Source: Acanthaster planci
Lineage: Eukaryota
DNA length: 64,000 nt
Direction of reading: 5' to 3'
Assembly (NCBI RefSeq): GCF_001949145.1
Contig: NW_019091357.1
Span: 3,744,228 to 3,808,227 of the forward strand
The position numbers and the translations under genes are program-made. Positions 38,237-50,192 of the stretch are shown here, in pieces. Each line of letters starts with the position of its first letter. Positions within the stretch are counted from its first letter, which is position 1. Under the pieces are notes generated by a model, which was given only the letters and a program-made list of their open reading frames with translations, was not told the origin of the DNA and made no database searches.

Positions 38237-41200
38237 TCACAAGTATTTTCTCGTTGCGGTGTAGCGGGACGTCGGGGTACCGAACCCGTTGAAATCACAG
38301 CTTGCAGACGACGCGTACGCTCCCATATCTTTGAACAAAGACAACCGTTTAAATAGGGAAAGTATATGCGAAACTGATGAATTACTCGAAGAAAAATTCG
38401 CAGAGGCCATAATTAGAAACGTGTGTTAATGAGAATAAAATAATCTTGGGGGGCTGCCAAAAATGCAAAGTCCAAACATCCTTTGTTCAAACGTACACTA
38501 TTTGGTAACCTGAAATCAGATACCATAAAAGAAAACATGGAAATTATTGATGATAGATTGGTTCCCTTGAGAAACTTCCAGTTTGGGATCCTAACACTAT
38601 GACTTTGGATCCTATGAGACATTCTATCTATGAAACATTCTATGTGACAGTTTGAGCTCACCCACCGCGGAAAATGACAAAGTCACCAGCTCGTAACTCC
38701 GGGAGTCTGCAGTCAGGGAAAATACAGTCGGTGGCGTCACAGGTCGGGCCCCAGATGCATGACGGGTAAAACGGCTCGTCTTCTTCCAGTTCCTATTTTC
38801 CATCGGGGGAAAAATAAAAATTCAGTTATTTAGCCCGTCATTTTGAGCCGTTGTTACATGCGTTACTTAAAAGTAGTTTTATTATACGTTCACATCACTC
38901 ACCCTTAAGGGACACGGTGGTGCAAAATAGTCCGGAACAGTGTACAGCGCATTGAAAGAGTTATATAGTCCAGTATTCACAAAGTAGTGTTTCTTTAGTT
39001 TGCTATTTTCCTGAAGTATATCTGAAATAAAACCAACATTTCTATTTGTTACCAAGTACAAGTGATGCAACAATGTGGAGGAGCTGAAGTTGACAAGACG
39101 GTGATCATTCAGTGCATTTTGTATTCGGCTCGGTAAAATGGCCGCTGGTTGGCTTTTATGTCATACGAAGGCGTTGCAAGTCCACGTCCTTACAAGTTCA
39201 ACTGAACCGAAATGTTCTGAGGGGGTAGAAAGGGTTTTATAGGACCTGGGATCACCTTTTTATTGAGTGAGTGAGTAGAGCAGTTTTAAGGTGCAAGATA
39301 AGGATAACTCACCACTGCTGGCCCCAACTTTACGTGTGGCTATGACGTTAGCCACAAGATGCACCGCTGATTGGACGTAGAAGGTCCCGGGCTCAGCGAT
39401 CACCCTCACGCCGCAGTCTGCTGGGAAATGCTCCTCGAGTGACTCGCTGATAGCTTCTGCAAACTGCGAGCGGGATTTGTGTCAGGAATTAAAAATTAAA
39501 GGAAGTTTGCCATATGAGGAATGACAACGACATTCTCCCTTCACCTATTCGCTCCAAAACAAAATTGAAATGAAAAACATGCCTATATAAATTATGTGTA
39601 CAACTGGAAAATGCATCATACCCATTTACCAGATGGAGAAATCATTGTACAACCTGTTTCTTGTGGATCCAAGTTTTTGTTTCTAATTCACCTGCTGAAA
39701 TCCAATTCTAAAGCTCGTTTTGCCCGGAAAACCGCCCCCGATGTCCAGTAGCGTCATGTCATAACCAACGGCTTTCCCGACGCCAAACAGTGTCTTGGCA
39801 CAAGAGATGGCCCCAGCAAACATGTTCGGGTCCCGAGCACCGGCGCCAATATGGAAACTAATCGGATGAGACCAGAAAGCTCCAAGAACTGTTACCACTT
39901 GGCACTTGATTGATAGCAGCAATTTAAAATGAGGGGCAATAAATAACTCTCGAAGTCAGGCGACATCAAATGTTCAACTATCACTTCGAAGCGATGGCTT
40001 CGACAGAAAAAAAACAGAATAAAGTTCTGTATTAATATTACTTGTAATTGATTCAACTTATTGACTCAAGCTGAGGGTTGGAAGTCCAACCAATGTTAAC
40101 TCCTTAGGTAGTATAGGGGACGCTTATATTTGGCATTGTGTGGAACCGCGGAACAGCTGGCCCTTGCTAGCTTTGTAAAGTCATCAACAGGTCTAAAAGA
40201 ACAAGGCTTGCAAGGGTCTGTCCGGGGGACAGTACATGCACCCATTAATCAACTGCATCGTCTCGAACTCGTCAAACACACACCTTATACCAACCACATT
40301 CAGTCCCAACGTCTTCGCCAGCTCCATCAGTCGTGGAATGCTGTCCTGTGAGCAGCCAAACTTCGATCCCAGCTTATAGACAGCGTTAGGGTCGTCATAC
40401 CTCATCCGTAGCACTAGCCTTGAAACGCAAAAGGAGAAGGTAGGTCAGCAGGCGGGGTGGTAGAAAAAAAAACCTTTTGTCTTGGTGATCTTTTTCATAC
40501 TAGAGGCTGTATCCGAAAGTAAACTAGATAAGATGGTTTTTAAACTTTTTTTCACGAGAAAATTGTGCTGCCAAAAAACGCAAAGACTAACCTCACATTT
40601 ACATGTCTAAGTATAACCATGTGAGACAATGGAACGCAATATTTCATCATGGAGTTTTGGTAAAATAACCTGCCTCTGATAACCCTTTTGTGTGGCTCTG
40701 TCTGTTAAAAGTTGTAAGTGGCATTATAGCTTCCTTGATCAATTTCAATGTTTACAAACAAGGAAACTTAAAGCTTCGGCTTCACAGTTCAGAAGTGACT
40801 TTTCTGCATACATATATATTGACGTTACAGAGCGTGGATTTGGAACCAGTACAGAGTAATATTTGAAACGGGACCAAAGATTGAAGAAAACCGAAGTACA
40901 TCATACTTACGTTGCCTCTGGGTAGACGCGGTCGATCTTCTGCAGTTCATCAGCCGAGTCAAAAGTCATGAGGCTGACTCCCTTCTCCTTGGCGTAGCGG
41001 AGGTGCGACTCCTGTTTGCACGTGTTGGCGTAGATGATGCGGTCGGGGCTTGCTCCTGCATCCAGCACCATCTGAATCTCTCTCTTGAAAACCAAAGAAA
41101 ATCGAGATAAAATTAATGTCCCACTATATATATAATGAGAAAACCTTCACGACACCGCGTCAATAATTGAACCACATTCATACCTTACTCGAGCAGTCAA

Positions 41201-44200
41201 ATCCCCTTCCTAGTCCCACCAGTAGTCTCAGAATAGCTAAGTCGGGATTACACTTGACAGCTTAATTGAGAGGAAAAAATCAAATTAAAATTATGAGCGC
41301 GAAATGGGATGTATAAAGTGATTGTATGGAAAAGGAAATCACCTCCAACGTTTTACCTGTTGGTGGATCAGGACACTCAAAGTATAATGGAAAGGTGGCG
41401 AGGGAGAATGTGAATATAATGTGATAATTCAAAATTACCATAAAAAGTTTCCACTGTCGGTAGTAATTCCTGCCATTTTCTGTCTTTAGCAATGACGTCG
41501 CCGAGATCACATATATAGAAGGGGTCATCATAATCCTGCAATGGAAATAAATAATGATCGAACTGAGTTCAATTTCTTTAAAGCTATAGAGATGGAATGT
41601 TAATTGCAAAGTTCCCAAAGAAAAATGGATACTTGTGACGTCACATGAGAACGCTAATCCAGGTGCCACTGTGATTATAGCCGGAGATTTCAACCATGTA
41701 AATCTCAGGAAAGGTCTCTCTAAACTCTATCAACATCTCAATTGTGCAACAAGGAAGGATAAGACTCTGGACCACTGCTATACAACGATCAAGGATGCGT
41801 ACACAGCCCTGAAAGGTACTTCTCTCAGGGAATCAGACCATAATATGATCCATCTTGTTCCATCATATAAACAGAATTTGAAGCGAACCAAGCCTATCAT
41901 TAAAACTGTTCCTAATTGGAGTGAGTTGTCTATCGCTGAATTACAAGATTGCTTTGCTTTTACTGATTGGGACGTGTTGTTAGACCCTGATGATATCCAT
42001 GGCAGCACTGAAGTTATTACTGATTGTATATTTTTTTGTAAAAGATCCTGTAATCCCAGGAAGACAATTAAAATTTACGGAAATGACAAACCATGGTTCG
42101 GTTAGCAAAGTTGAGAGCTAAGCAAGAGCATTGCAGCAGCAGGATGAAAGTGCCTCCACAAAAAAAATCTAAATATGAACTCCGTATAGCCATCAAATAT
42201 GCAAAAAAAAGACTATAAGATCAGGTTGGAGTCAGAGCTGTAAGACAACAAAAAACATGTATGGGGCTGTGTTCGGAAAATTGCTCCCTACAAAAGTAGA
42301 CCCAAACCTACAGCTTCGAATGATCCGAAGCTTCCTGATGAACTCAGTGAGTTCTTCGCTCGTTTCGACTGTCACCCTATAGAACCTCCTCCAGAGATCC
42401 CAACTATGGATAAGCAGTCTTTAATTATTAATGAGACGGACACCAGACGCACAGTCAAATCTCTAAATGTGAGAAAAGCAACAGATCTACATGGCATCTC
42501 CAACAAGATCCTAAGACTGTGTGCGGATGAACTTTCCGGTATTGCAACTTTTCTCTATAACTGGTCTTTGCAGATTTGTGTTGTTCCGCACAACCTAAAA
42601 AAGTCTGAAATCGTACCGATTCCGAAACGGATTCCAGTTACATGAATGAATGGCAATAGGCATGTGGCCATGACGTCTAATGTAATGAAACCGCTTGACC
42701 GAGTAGTACTCCAGTTTTTAAAAACAGTTATTCCAAAGTGTTTGGACTCATATCAATTTGCCTATCGAAACAATCGCTCTGTTGAGGATGCAGTGAGTTT
42801 GATTCTCCACCGTGTACCCCAACACTTGGACATTCGATCTCCCAATTATGCCAGAGTACTGATTGTAGATTTCACTTCCGCTTTCAACACTAATTTACCA
42901 TCCAAACTGATTATGAAACTGAAATAGTTAGGTGTAAATTTCGATGTTTGTAAATGGATTTATAGCTTTCTTTCATACAGATTGCAGGTTGTCCAAATTG
43001 GCAAGAACTTGTCCAAGCCACTCGTTATTAATACTGGTGCATTGCAAGGATGTGTACTGTCACCGCAGCTTTATTCTTTATTCACGCATGACTGCATATC
43101 ATCCTTTAATGATTGTGTTGTCTCTAATTTTGCGGATGATACAACTGTTGCTGGGCTTATCTCGCACGGTAACATTATCATGAGCAAGTGAACATTTTAG
43201 TGAAATGGTGCTCCGATAATAATAAGACCAAAGAGATGGTTATTGATTTTCAGTATGGGAATCATGAAGTTCTGCCGCTTTTTTTATCAATGGGACCGAA
43301 GTGCAGGACGCTATCATTCAAATTTTGGGTATTTTATCTTTTATGGGCTGAACATGTTGATTACTGTGTAAAAAAGGCTCAGCAGCGATTGTATTTTCTC
43401 CGCCGTTTGAGAAAATCTCGTGTTTTATCGTGCCGTCATTAAGAGTGTTCTGACACTCTCTATTACTGTTTGGTACGGAAGCACTACTGTTGATGAGAGA
43501 AGGAATTTAGCTCGCGTTGTAAATACAGCATCACAGATCATTGGTATTGAAATGAATTCGGCTGAGGAGATTTATAGACAGCAAACATTGGCACGTGCTC
43601 ACTCCATTACTGCAGACGAGTCTCATCCGACCACTGAGCTCTTTTAAATGATGAGGCGTGAATGCAGATCAATTCAGGGAAGCACTAAGCGATTAAACCG
43701 CTCATTTTATATCACTGCAGTCAGGTACCTAAATGGAAATTTTAAATAAATTTCAAATATATAAATATTTCTTAAAATCTTAACCTAAATTAATCAAAAA
43801 TAGACTGTAATTGTGCTTTTCTGAATATTTTAGATATACATGTATTTTAGGTTTTTACTGAGCAAGCAGTCAAGTATTTTCTACTATTTGTACTTTTAAT
43901 GAATATGTAGCAATAAATTGCTATGCTATGCCATGCTGTGCCATTCTGTACCATGCTGTGCCATGCTGTACCATGCTGTGCTTTTGCATATGCTATGCTG
44001 TGCTATGCTGTGCTATTCTGTGCTATGCTGTGCTGTGCTGTGTTGTGCTGTGCTATGCTATGCTGTGCTATGCTATGCTATGCTATGCTATGCTATGCTA
44101 TGCTATGCTGTGCTGTGCTGTGCTATGCTATGCTATGCTATGCTATGCATGCTATGCTATGCTATGCTATACTATGCTATGCTATGCTACGCTATGCTAT

Positions 44201-44539
44201 GCTATGCTATGCTTATGCTTATTCTATGTATGCTATGCTATGCTTAGACGGAAAATTAACGAATTAACGCCAAGAAATCCTTTCACGGCGGGTGGGTGGG
44301 GGACGTAAATCGTGCCGCTGGAACCCCACCCCCACCCCACACACATGTGTGTATTTGCCTGCATTCATGGGATATATATTCCTATTGGGATACAATTCGC
44401 TTATAGCTAGTCAGAAGATAGTGGGACCTACCCGCTCTGCTGAGGAATTCGCCTCGATGCTCCACTTCGCTATCATGGAAATCGACTCCTTCTCGTACAT
44501 GCTTATTTTAACTCCTGAATGGGGTGACGGGTCATCCAT
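38237..44539 (-). CDS. ODC1: Ornithine decarboxylase/antizyme inhibitor-like protein, copy B; intact, 10 coding exons, 414 aa if it ends at the first in-frame stop
   Basis: Exons (minus) 44539-44432, 41535-41439, 41260-41184, 41083-40911, 40418-40284, 39857-39692, 39463-39313, 39021-38903, 38792-38666 and 38328-38237. Eight exon lengths (97, 77, 173, 135, 166, 119, 127, 92) equal those of copy A. Motifs [64 protein letters not shown]. Start context ACCATGG. The symbol is a family label. Confidence 0.9.
41635..43917 (+). mobile_element. 5'-truncated, inactivated Rex1/Babar-type LINE (endonuclease end plus RT), antisense in ODC copy B intron 1
   Basis: Peptides [93 protein letters not shown] and ITVWYG across several frames with stops; AATAAA at 43912 followed by a microsatellite tail. 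Confidence 0.92.
43918..44245. repeat. (CTATG/CTGTG/CCATG)n pentanucleotide microsatellite, probably the expanded LINE 3' tail
   Basis: About 325 bp of 5-mer repeats starting immediately after the LINE's AATAAA. Confidence 0.95.
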
Positions 44540-45309
44540 GGTACTCTAACAAAAGGAACGAAATTATTTGGGGCGGTTTCAGTGTATCAGTACTAGTATG
44601 TAAAGCTCTGAAAAGAATTGTGGACCTTTCAAGGTACTACGTACAGCCTTTGAATTGAGAGCAATAAATGGGAGCCAATTTTGAACAGCCACTACAGGTC
44701 AGTTTTGGGCGGTCACTATTTGGCAAGGAAGGTCATCCATTTAGCTGGGTGGTCCGTACACTTGATAGAGTCGGAGTGATGTGTTTTGCAGGGCCAAGCA
44801 GCATTTGGAAGTATAACGCATACACATTAATTACGAACAACTCATGGTTGAAAGGAAATAAACTCAATGGAATACTACAGGTGAGAAAACCTTGCAATTA
44901 ACCATATTCTCACAACCAAGGGGAAGTAAACTCTAGATTCAACCATTTTCGACAATGTAAGAGGGGGAAAAATGACCTGTGACAGCTGCAATAGTAAAAC
45001 GCCTAACTGCATACAAAGAACTGCTGTGGATTTAGCAGCCGTGACCAACTGCATTACCCTTACGTGACCCCAGTGATCTGTACACAGAAAACGGAGATCA
45101 GGACAAAGCAGTAGGTACAGGGGTACTGGGTTTACCTTACACATAGCCTACATGTACATTAAAATACACACGTATGTACAAGTACATGTATTTAGGTTAA
45201 ATATGTATGTCTGGTTTGGCCGTAGATGTTCTGTAGTCCAAACAAAAAGAAAGATCTATCCAAGTGACAAATTAAGCTAAAGTATCAAATAAAAGAAATC
45301 CTCACATAC

Positions 45310-45400
45310 CTGGCAATAGGGATAGATGTGGTATTAGAGATTTCTCTGCAGTGTGGTTTTATTCTGCAGTGACCTGACGATGCTATGGTGTATAATTTAT
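45310..45400 (-). promoter_or_regulatory. Candidate TATA-like element and non-coding first exon of ODC copy B
   Basis: Minus strand ATAAATTATA near 45400, then a strong donor CAG|GTATGTGAG at 45309. The coding exon at 44545 has an acceptor only 6 nt before the ATG, so an upstream exon is expected. Confidence 0.3.
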
Positions 45401-45474
45401 GACAAACATTTCTCTCTCTCTTGCCTCACTCTAGGCCTTCGTCGCCTTCTTGCCATTTTTTTGTACACACACAA

Positions 45475-45665
45475 CGCCTCGCGTCGTGCTGTTTTAGGTC
45501 TTTTCCTTGTTGCACTTTTTTCTGCCTAACTGTCGACCCTTCCGTCGCCCGTCGCGTCGTACCGTTTGTGTCACGTTGTGCGTCGTGTAGACCATTGCAT
45601 CGCCTATTACGTCGCCTGAAGCACGACGCGACGCACGAAACGACGCACAACGACGCGTTGTGTGC
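45475..45665. repeat. CpG-rich fold-back element with nested inverted repeats (MITE-like)
   Basis: CGCGTCGTGCT (45480) pairs with AGCACGACGCG (45620); TTGTGCGTCGT pairs with ACGACGCACAA. Confidence 0.45.
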
Positions 45666-46929
45666 TGTCGCTCTTTGTTTCATGGTGTTTATGGAGAGCG
45701 CCTTTACTGTTTTCGTTCATTTTCTTCCCCCCATCCTTGCTTGCACAGTACATGCCACAGGTAGCAGACCTTGATTCTGTTGTTTTGTGTTTTCATTAAG
45801 AGTGAGTTGTTGAAGAAAACTGTTTCTTCTAATTCTGCTTTTTTTAAAATCAAATGTAATCAGAAAGAGTTTCGAGACCAATCAGCATTGTCTTTGTTGC
45901 AGACAGCATATGTAGCTTCATAAATGCATGGTCCTTTCCGGGCATCCGTAGTTAGTCTGCTATATTGGGGGCACTCACAGCAAATATGGGGTGATCTCCA
46001 GATATGAATAGCCCGTAGTGGTGCACCCTTGTATTAAGGCCAGATATCTGTCCACCGAGCTCATTAACCCGAACACTCTTCGGTCCTCCAACAGGTGAAG
46101 GATTGAGGAGGGTTAGGGTTTTAATAAAAGTTATAGATTCAAAATATTCTGTATTAGAGGATCCTGAGAGCCATGGAAATGGGGGAATAGAAGAAACATG
46201 AGACTGAACCTCTGGGCCGGACTCGGGGCTTCCAATTCTGAGCAAGTTGGATGCAATCGGGTCCGAAGGTGGCCACTATTAGAGCCATCTTGCAGAGGGG
46301 TGGTTTTTCAAAATGGCTGCTTTTCTTGACGTGGACATTTTCTTCATTTTAGGGGTGGTCTGCTTCTGGTGAAAATTTCTCAAAAATTCATTGCACAGCC
46401 CCCCGAAAATTGAAAAGAAAATGAAAGAAGACATGTGGAACATCATTTTTCTGTGCAGCTTGAACACCTGTAAGAGGTGTACCAGCAGCAGTCCATGTCC
46501 GTCCCAAGGCACCGGCGCTGTGTCCATCCCGGCTGCAGTGCCGGTGCCGCAGACGATCTCAGGTAATCACTCAGCTGACGGCTTGCCGTTGTCAACAAAT
46601 CACTGCCACAGTGTCTGCGAATACATGCCTGGTCGATTATAAAAATAGCACATACATGTACTACAATCCGAAACATGCAAATTGATTTTAGCCTACCCTG
46701 ATTTTCACTGAGAGCTGGATGTTCCGAGGAGGATTTTGAAGTAACGCCCAGCAATGAATTGCCACAATTTCACTTTTATCTCAACAAAATAAGATCAAGA
46801 CGATGAACGTCAATGTGAGCACTCGTAACTTACATTGTACATGTACATAGTACAAGTAACAATAATGTTTGAAACCGTGGCTATCAACGATTGATCCGGG
46901 TGAACTTGAAAGCCAGCGGTGGGATTTCC

Positions 46930-48098
46930 CATACTGCTTCCTTTTCTTAATTGCTCTGGGCCACTCCACGCGCGAAGTTGGGTCTCTTTATTTGAGCATC
47001 ATAAGTCTGAAAATTGCCCAATTTAGAGATTGTGTTGTAAAGGGAAAAGGTATTACTTATTACTTCCATTTAGTTTGTCACATGACATTGACGTCTCAGG
47101 TCAACCCTCCTCCATTAGTTATTTGCTAAACAAAGCCAAAATATATTGGTTTATGTAAAGATATCTTCATAACAAGTTATTTCGTACTAAAAGTACTTTT
47201 AAAAAATCACTAATAAATTTAAAAATTTAGCAGTCCAAAGCCCTGCCGAAGTCACATAAACAACGTTAACGGTTACTTCAGACAAAATTAAGCTCAAGAT
47301 TTTTAGGTAGACATCACTATGCTGTCATCTAAAAAGTGTGTTCCCCGCACACTTTTTCAAAAATTTCTTACTGAAACACAGGCCACTGAGGCTTGCTAGA
47401 CATCCTCCGGAACACCATTTAAGTACACAACTTTTACACAAAACGCTACTGGGCCATCGGCATCTAAGGCTAATATCGGTGTATACAAAACGTACTCAGA
47501 GATGTGCCAGCTACAGCTTAAACACATCATACATTTATTACAGTCATGGATATATGTAATTTTAACTGAGTGTATTTTTGTCTTTTGTGTACGATTTTGG
47601 TGAATAAAGTCTATTGTTTTATCTGTATGTATTTATCGTTCCATTAGAAATGAAACTTCTGTATTTTTATGATGTGGACAAAAATTTCTAATCTGATGTC
47701 AATACAATTACTGGAAAGGACTTCTGTGCACGTAGCGCTGCTTTTACGTGTTGAAAAAGAGGACTTACGAAAATGTGTCGAAACGTTGTTTATATATGTG
47801 TATATAAGAACGCTGAGTAGAACAGGGCACCCAACAGACTTCACTCCTGTCAATCTTTCATAAGAGTGGCCTGGCACAGCTATTCCCAGAGCGCGGCGGA
47901 AAGGACAAAATGATACTGCTTCCTACTTCTCGAATGCTCTTTTGTCTCTGGGCCACTCCCCACGCAAAGACTGCTCTCTTTATTTGGGCATTATAAGTCT
48001 GGAAACTGTGCAAATCCGGAAATTGTAGTGTAATTGGAAAAAAAATAGTACTTATTATTTCGATTTAGTTTGTTGCAAACATTTTGGCATTGACGTCT
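46930..48098 (+). repeat. Diverged direct duplication of ~170-185 bp (46930-47097 and 47913-48098)
   Basis: Shared collinear blocks ATACTGCTTCCT, CTCTGGGCCACTCC, TCTCTTTATTTG, ATAAGTCTG, TACTTATTA, ATTTAGTTTGT and CATTGACGTCT. Confidence 0.7.
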
Positions 48099-50004
48099 TG
48101 ATGATCTATTAGGCCTATAAATAAAATCAGTGCCGCACGCCGGCGTATGGGGGTCGGCCTGAATGCCACGCAGAAATGCCGCAAAGGTCGAAGTTGACTA
48201 GGTGTAGGGGCACTCATGCGCCCACTTAAGTCGATGAGATAACTCTGTTCACAGGCTGTCTGGGAACGACTAGTCTCCCCATCGAACAGTGCCTCCAAAC
48301 GGTTAATTACTTGCTTTGTCAACCTGCTTTTTAGATTATTTTGCACTTCCACGATTTTTGAACACGTATGCTAATGAAAATTATCTGGTGCCTGGCTGTT
48401 CTTTCAATCAGCGTTCATTTACTGCGTATGGTATCTGGTATCAAGTCAGCGTAAGTAATTTGTAGGCCTATATGATCACAATTTCATAATGGAGAAGAAG
48501 GACCATTTACAAGAGAAAGTGCGGTTGCACTAGGCCGCGGCAAACGTGAAACAGGCTCACGTTAAACACGTTGAAAATTTTAAACAAAATACACGAGATA
48601 CATCGTTTCCTTGACGTTTCTGCTTCGAATCAGGTTAAAGGAAGAACATTTCCTTGCCAGAAGTTTTGGAAGCTATACATAGTGGAAATGAAGGAACAAG
48701 TTGGCTGCGAAACAATGAGCCATAAGGGGAATAGCCTTTATTCACATCTCGTATAATTCCGCAGATTCTTGTGTTAAAACAAATCAAAGCCAACAAACTG
48801 TCTTTTGTCGGTTAAATTTAGCCGACGCCAGCTAAACATACATATGGCCTTTGAAGTATCGAATGATGTAAATTTTGCTGAAATAATGTTAATTTTTGGC
48901 AAAATTTGGTTCATTTGACTATCGAGTATAAGATCCCACTCTGATTTCGGGGGGTAACAATATGAACTTTTGCGCCCTTACTTGGGTAAAAAATTATAAT
49001 AACAAAAATCGTCGCTACACATGGATAAGTAGAGTAATGAGCTTTCATTAATTTAGAAAAATAATCTAGCATGTGGCCACGTGTTTTCCATTATTTTTCT
49101 GACACTTTTCGCGAGCAAGATTTGTTTTTTTGCCATTCGTTTTCGGCTTGCACATGTTGAATGTGATGATCATTCATGCTACCGTGACGCAAGTAGTTGT
49201 GCACACGCGTGTTTGGAATAATGAATTTAGAAAACACACCAAGGCATCAACAGATTTTAAACTATTTTTTTGTTTTCAGGATCACCGAAATAGTCCAAGC
49301 GTCGTCGCCAGCTCATTAATTATTCCAAACGAGGTCACGCACTGAATGCTGTGCTCACAGCGCAAATAGAACGAGCGGGTTATCCTTGTAATCACTGCGC
49401 TGCGGTCATGCTGCAGTACATGTGTACATTCTTTTGCATTCCATGCTTGCGAAAGGAATGAACACTCTGGCAAATCAATGCAATTTTCAACTCCAGCGGA
49501 CTCGGAAGCTCTTCAGTTCTTGTGGATACCACTATCTTCAGACCATGATCGTCTTTCTGTTTGACATGTCTCCGAGAAGTAATTTCACATAACTGGTCCA
49601 GTACGTGTATTTCGGTGAGTGATATATCGGCCTATGCAAATAAAAGAACAAAAATTGAATTGTCTCTTTCCACTCACAAGCAACGCATGACGAAGCGTGA
49701 ATTATGGCACCGAGACATTGATCTTGCATCAGTTCGTCACTTTGGTAGGCTGAATTCCCTGCTGAAAATTCAGATGAAAGACCATCCGAGAATTAGGGGT
49801 GCAGTGTCCCAATTCAAGGAAAATTCTGTCTCCGCCAGGCCAAGGCGCACAAAAAGTACCCCCAGAGATTGTTTCGAAAAGAGGGGTCTGTTTGGGCCAT
49901 GAAATGGCGGAACTGTGTCAGTATGGCCCAGGATCATCTCTGTAGATTCAGGGGCACCCATCTGGGGGCAAAGCAAACAAAAATGGGATTGAAAATTAGT
50001 CAGA

Positions 50005-50192
50005 NNNNNNNNNNNNNNNNNNNNNNNNNNNNNNNNNNNNNNNNNNNNNNNNNNNNNNNNNNNNNNNNNNNNNNNNNNNNNNNNNNNNNNNNNNNNNNNN
50101 NNNNNNNNNNNNNNNNNNNNNNNNNNNNNNNNNNNNNNNNNNNNNNNNNNNNNNNNNNNNNNNNNNNNNNNNNNNNNNNNNNNNNNNNNNNN
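50005..50192. other. Assembly gap (N run)
   Basis: 188 N bases; smaller gaps at 205-245 and 2226. Confidence 1.

Noticed and set aside
43918..44308. Cys/Met/Tyr-rich ORFs (MLCYA repeats)
   Set aside because: Translation of the CTATG microsatellite.
46391..46642. Exon-like GC-rich segment with donor CAG|GTAATC at 46563
   Set aside because: No partner exon or protein similarity could be established.
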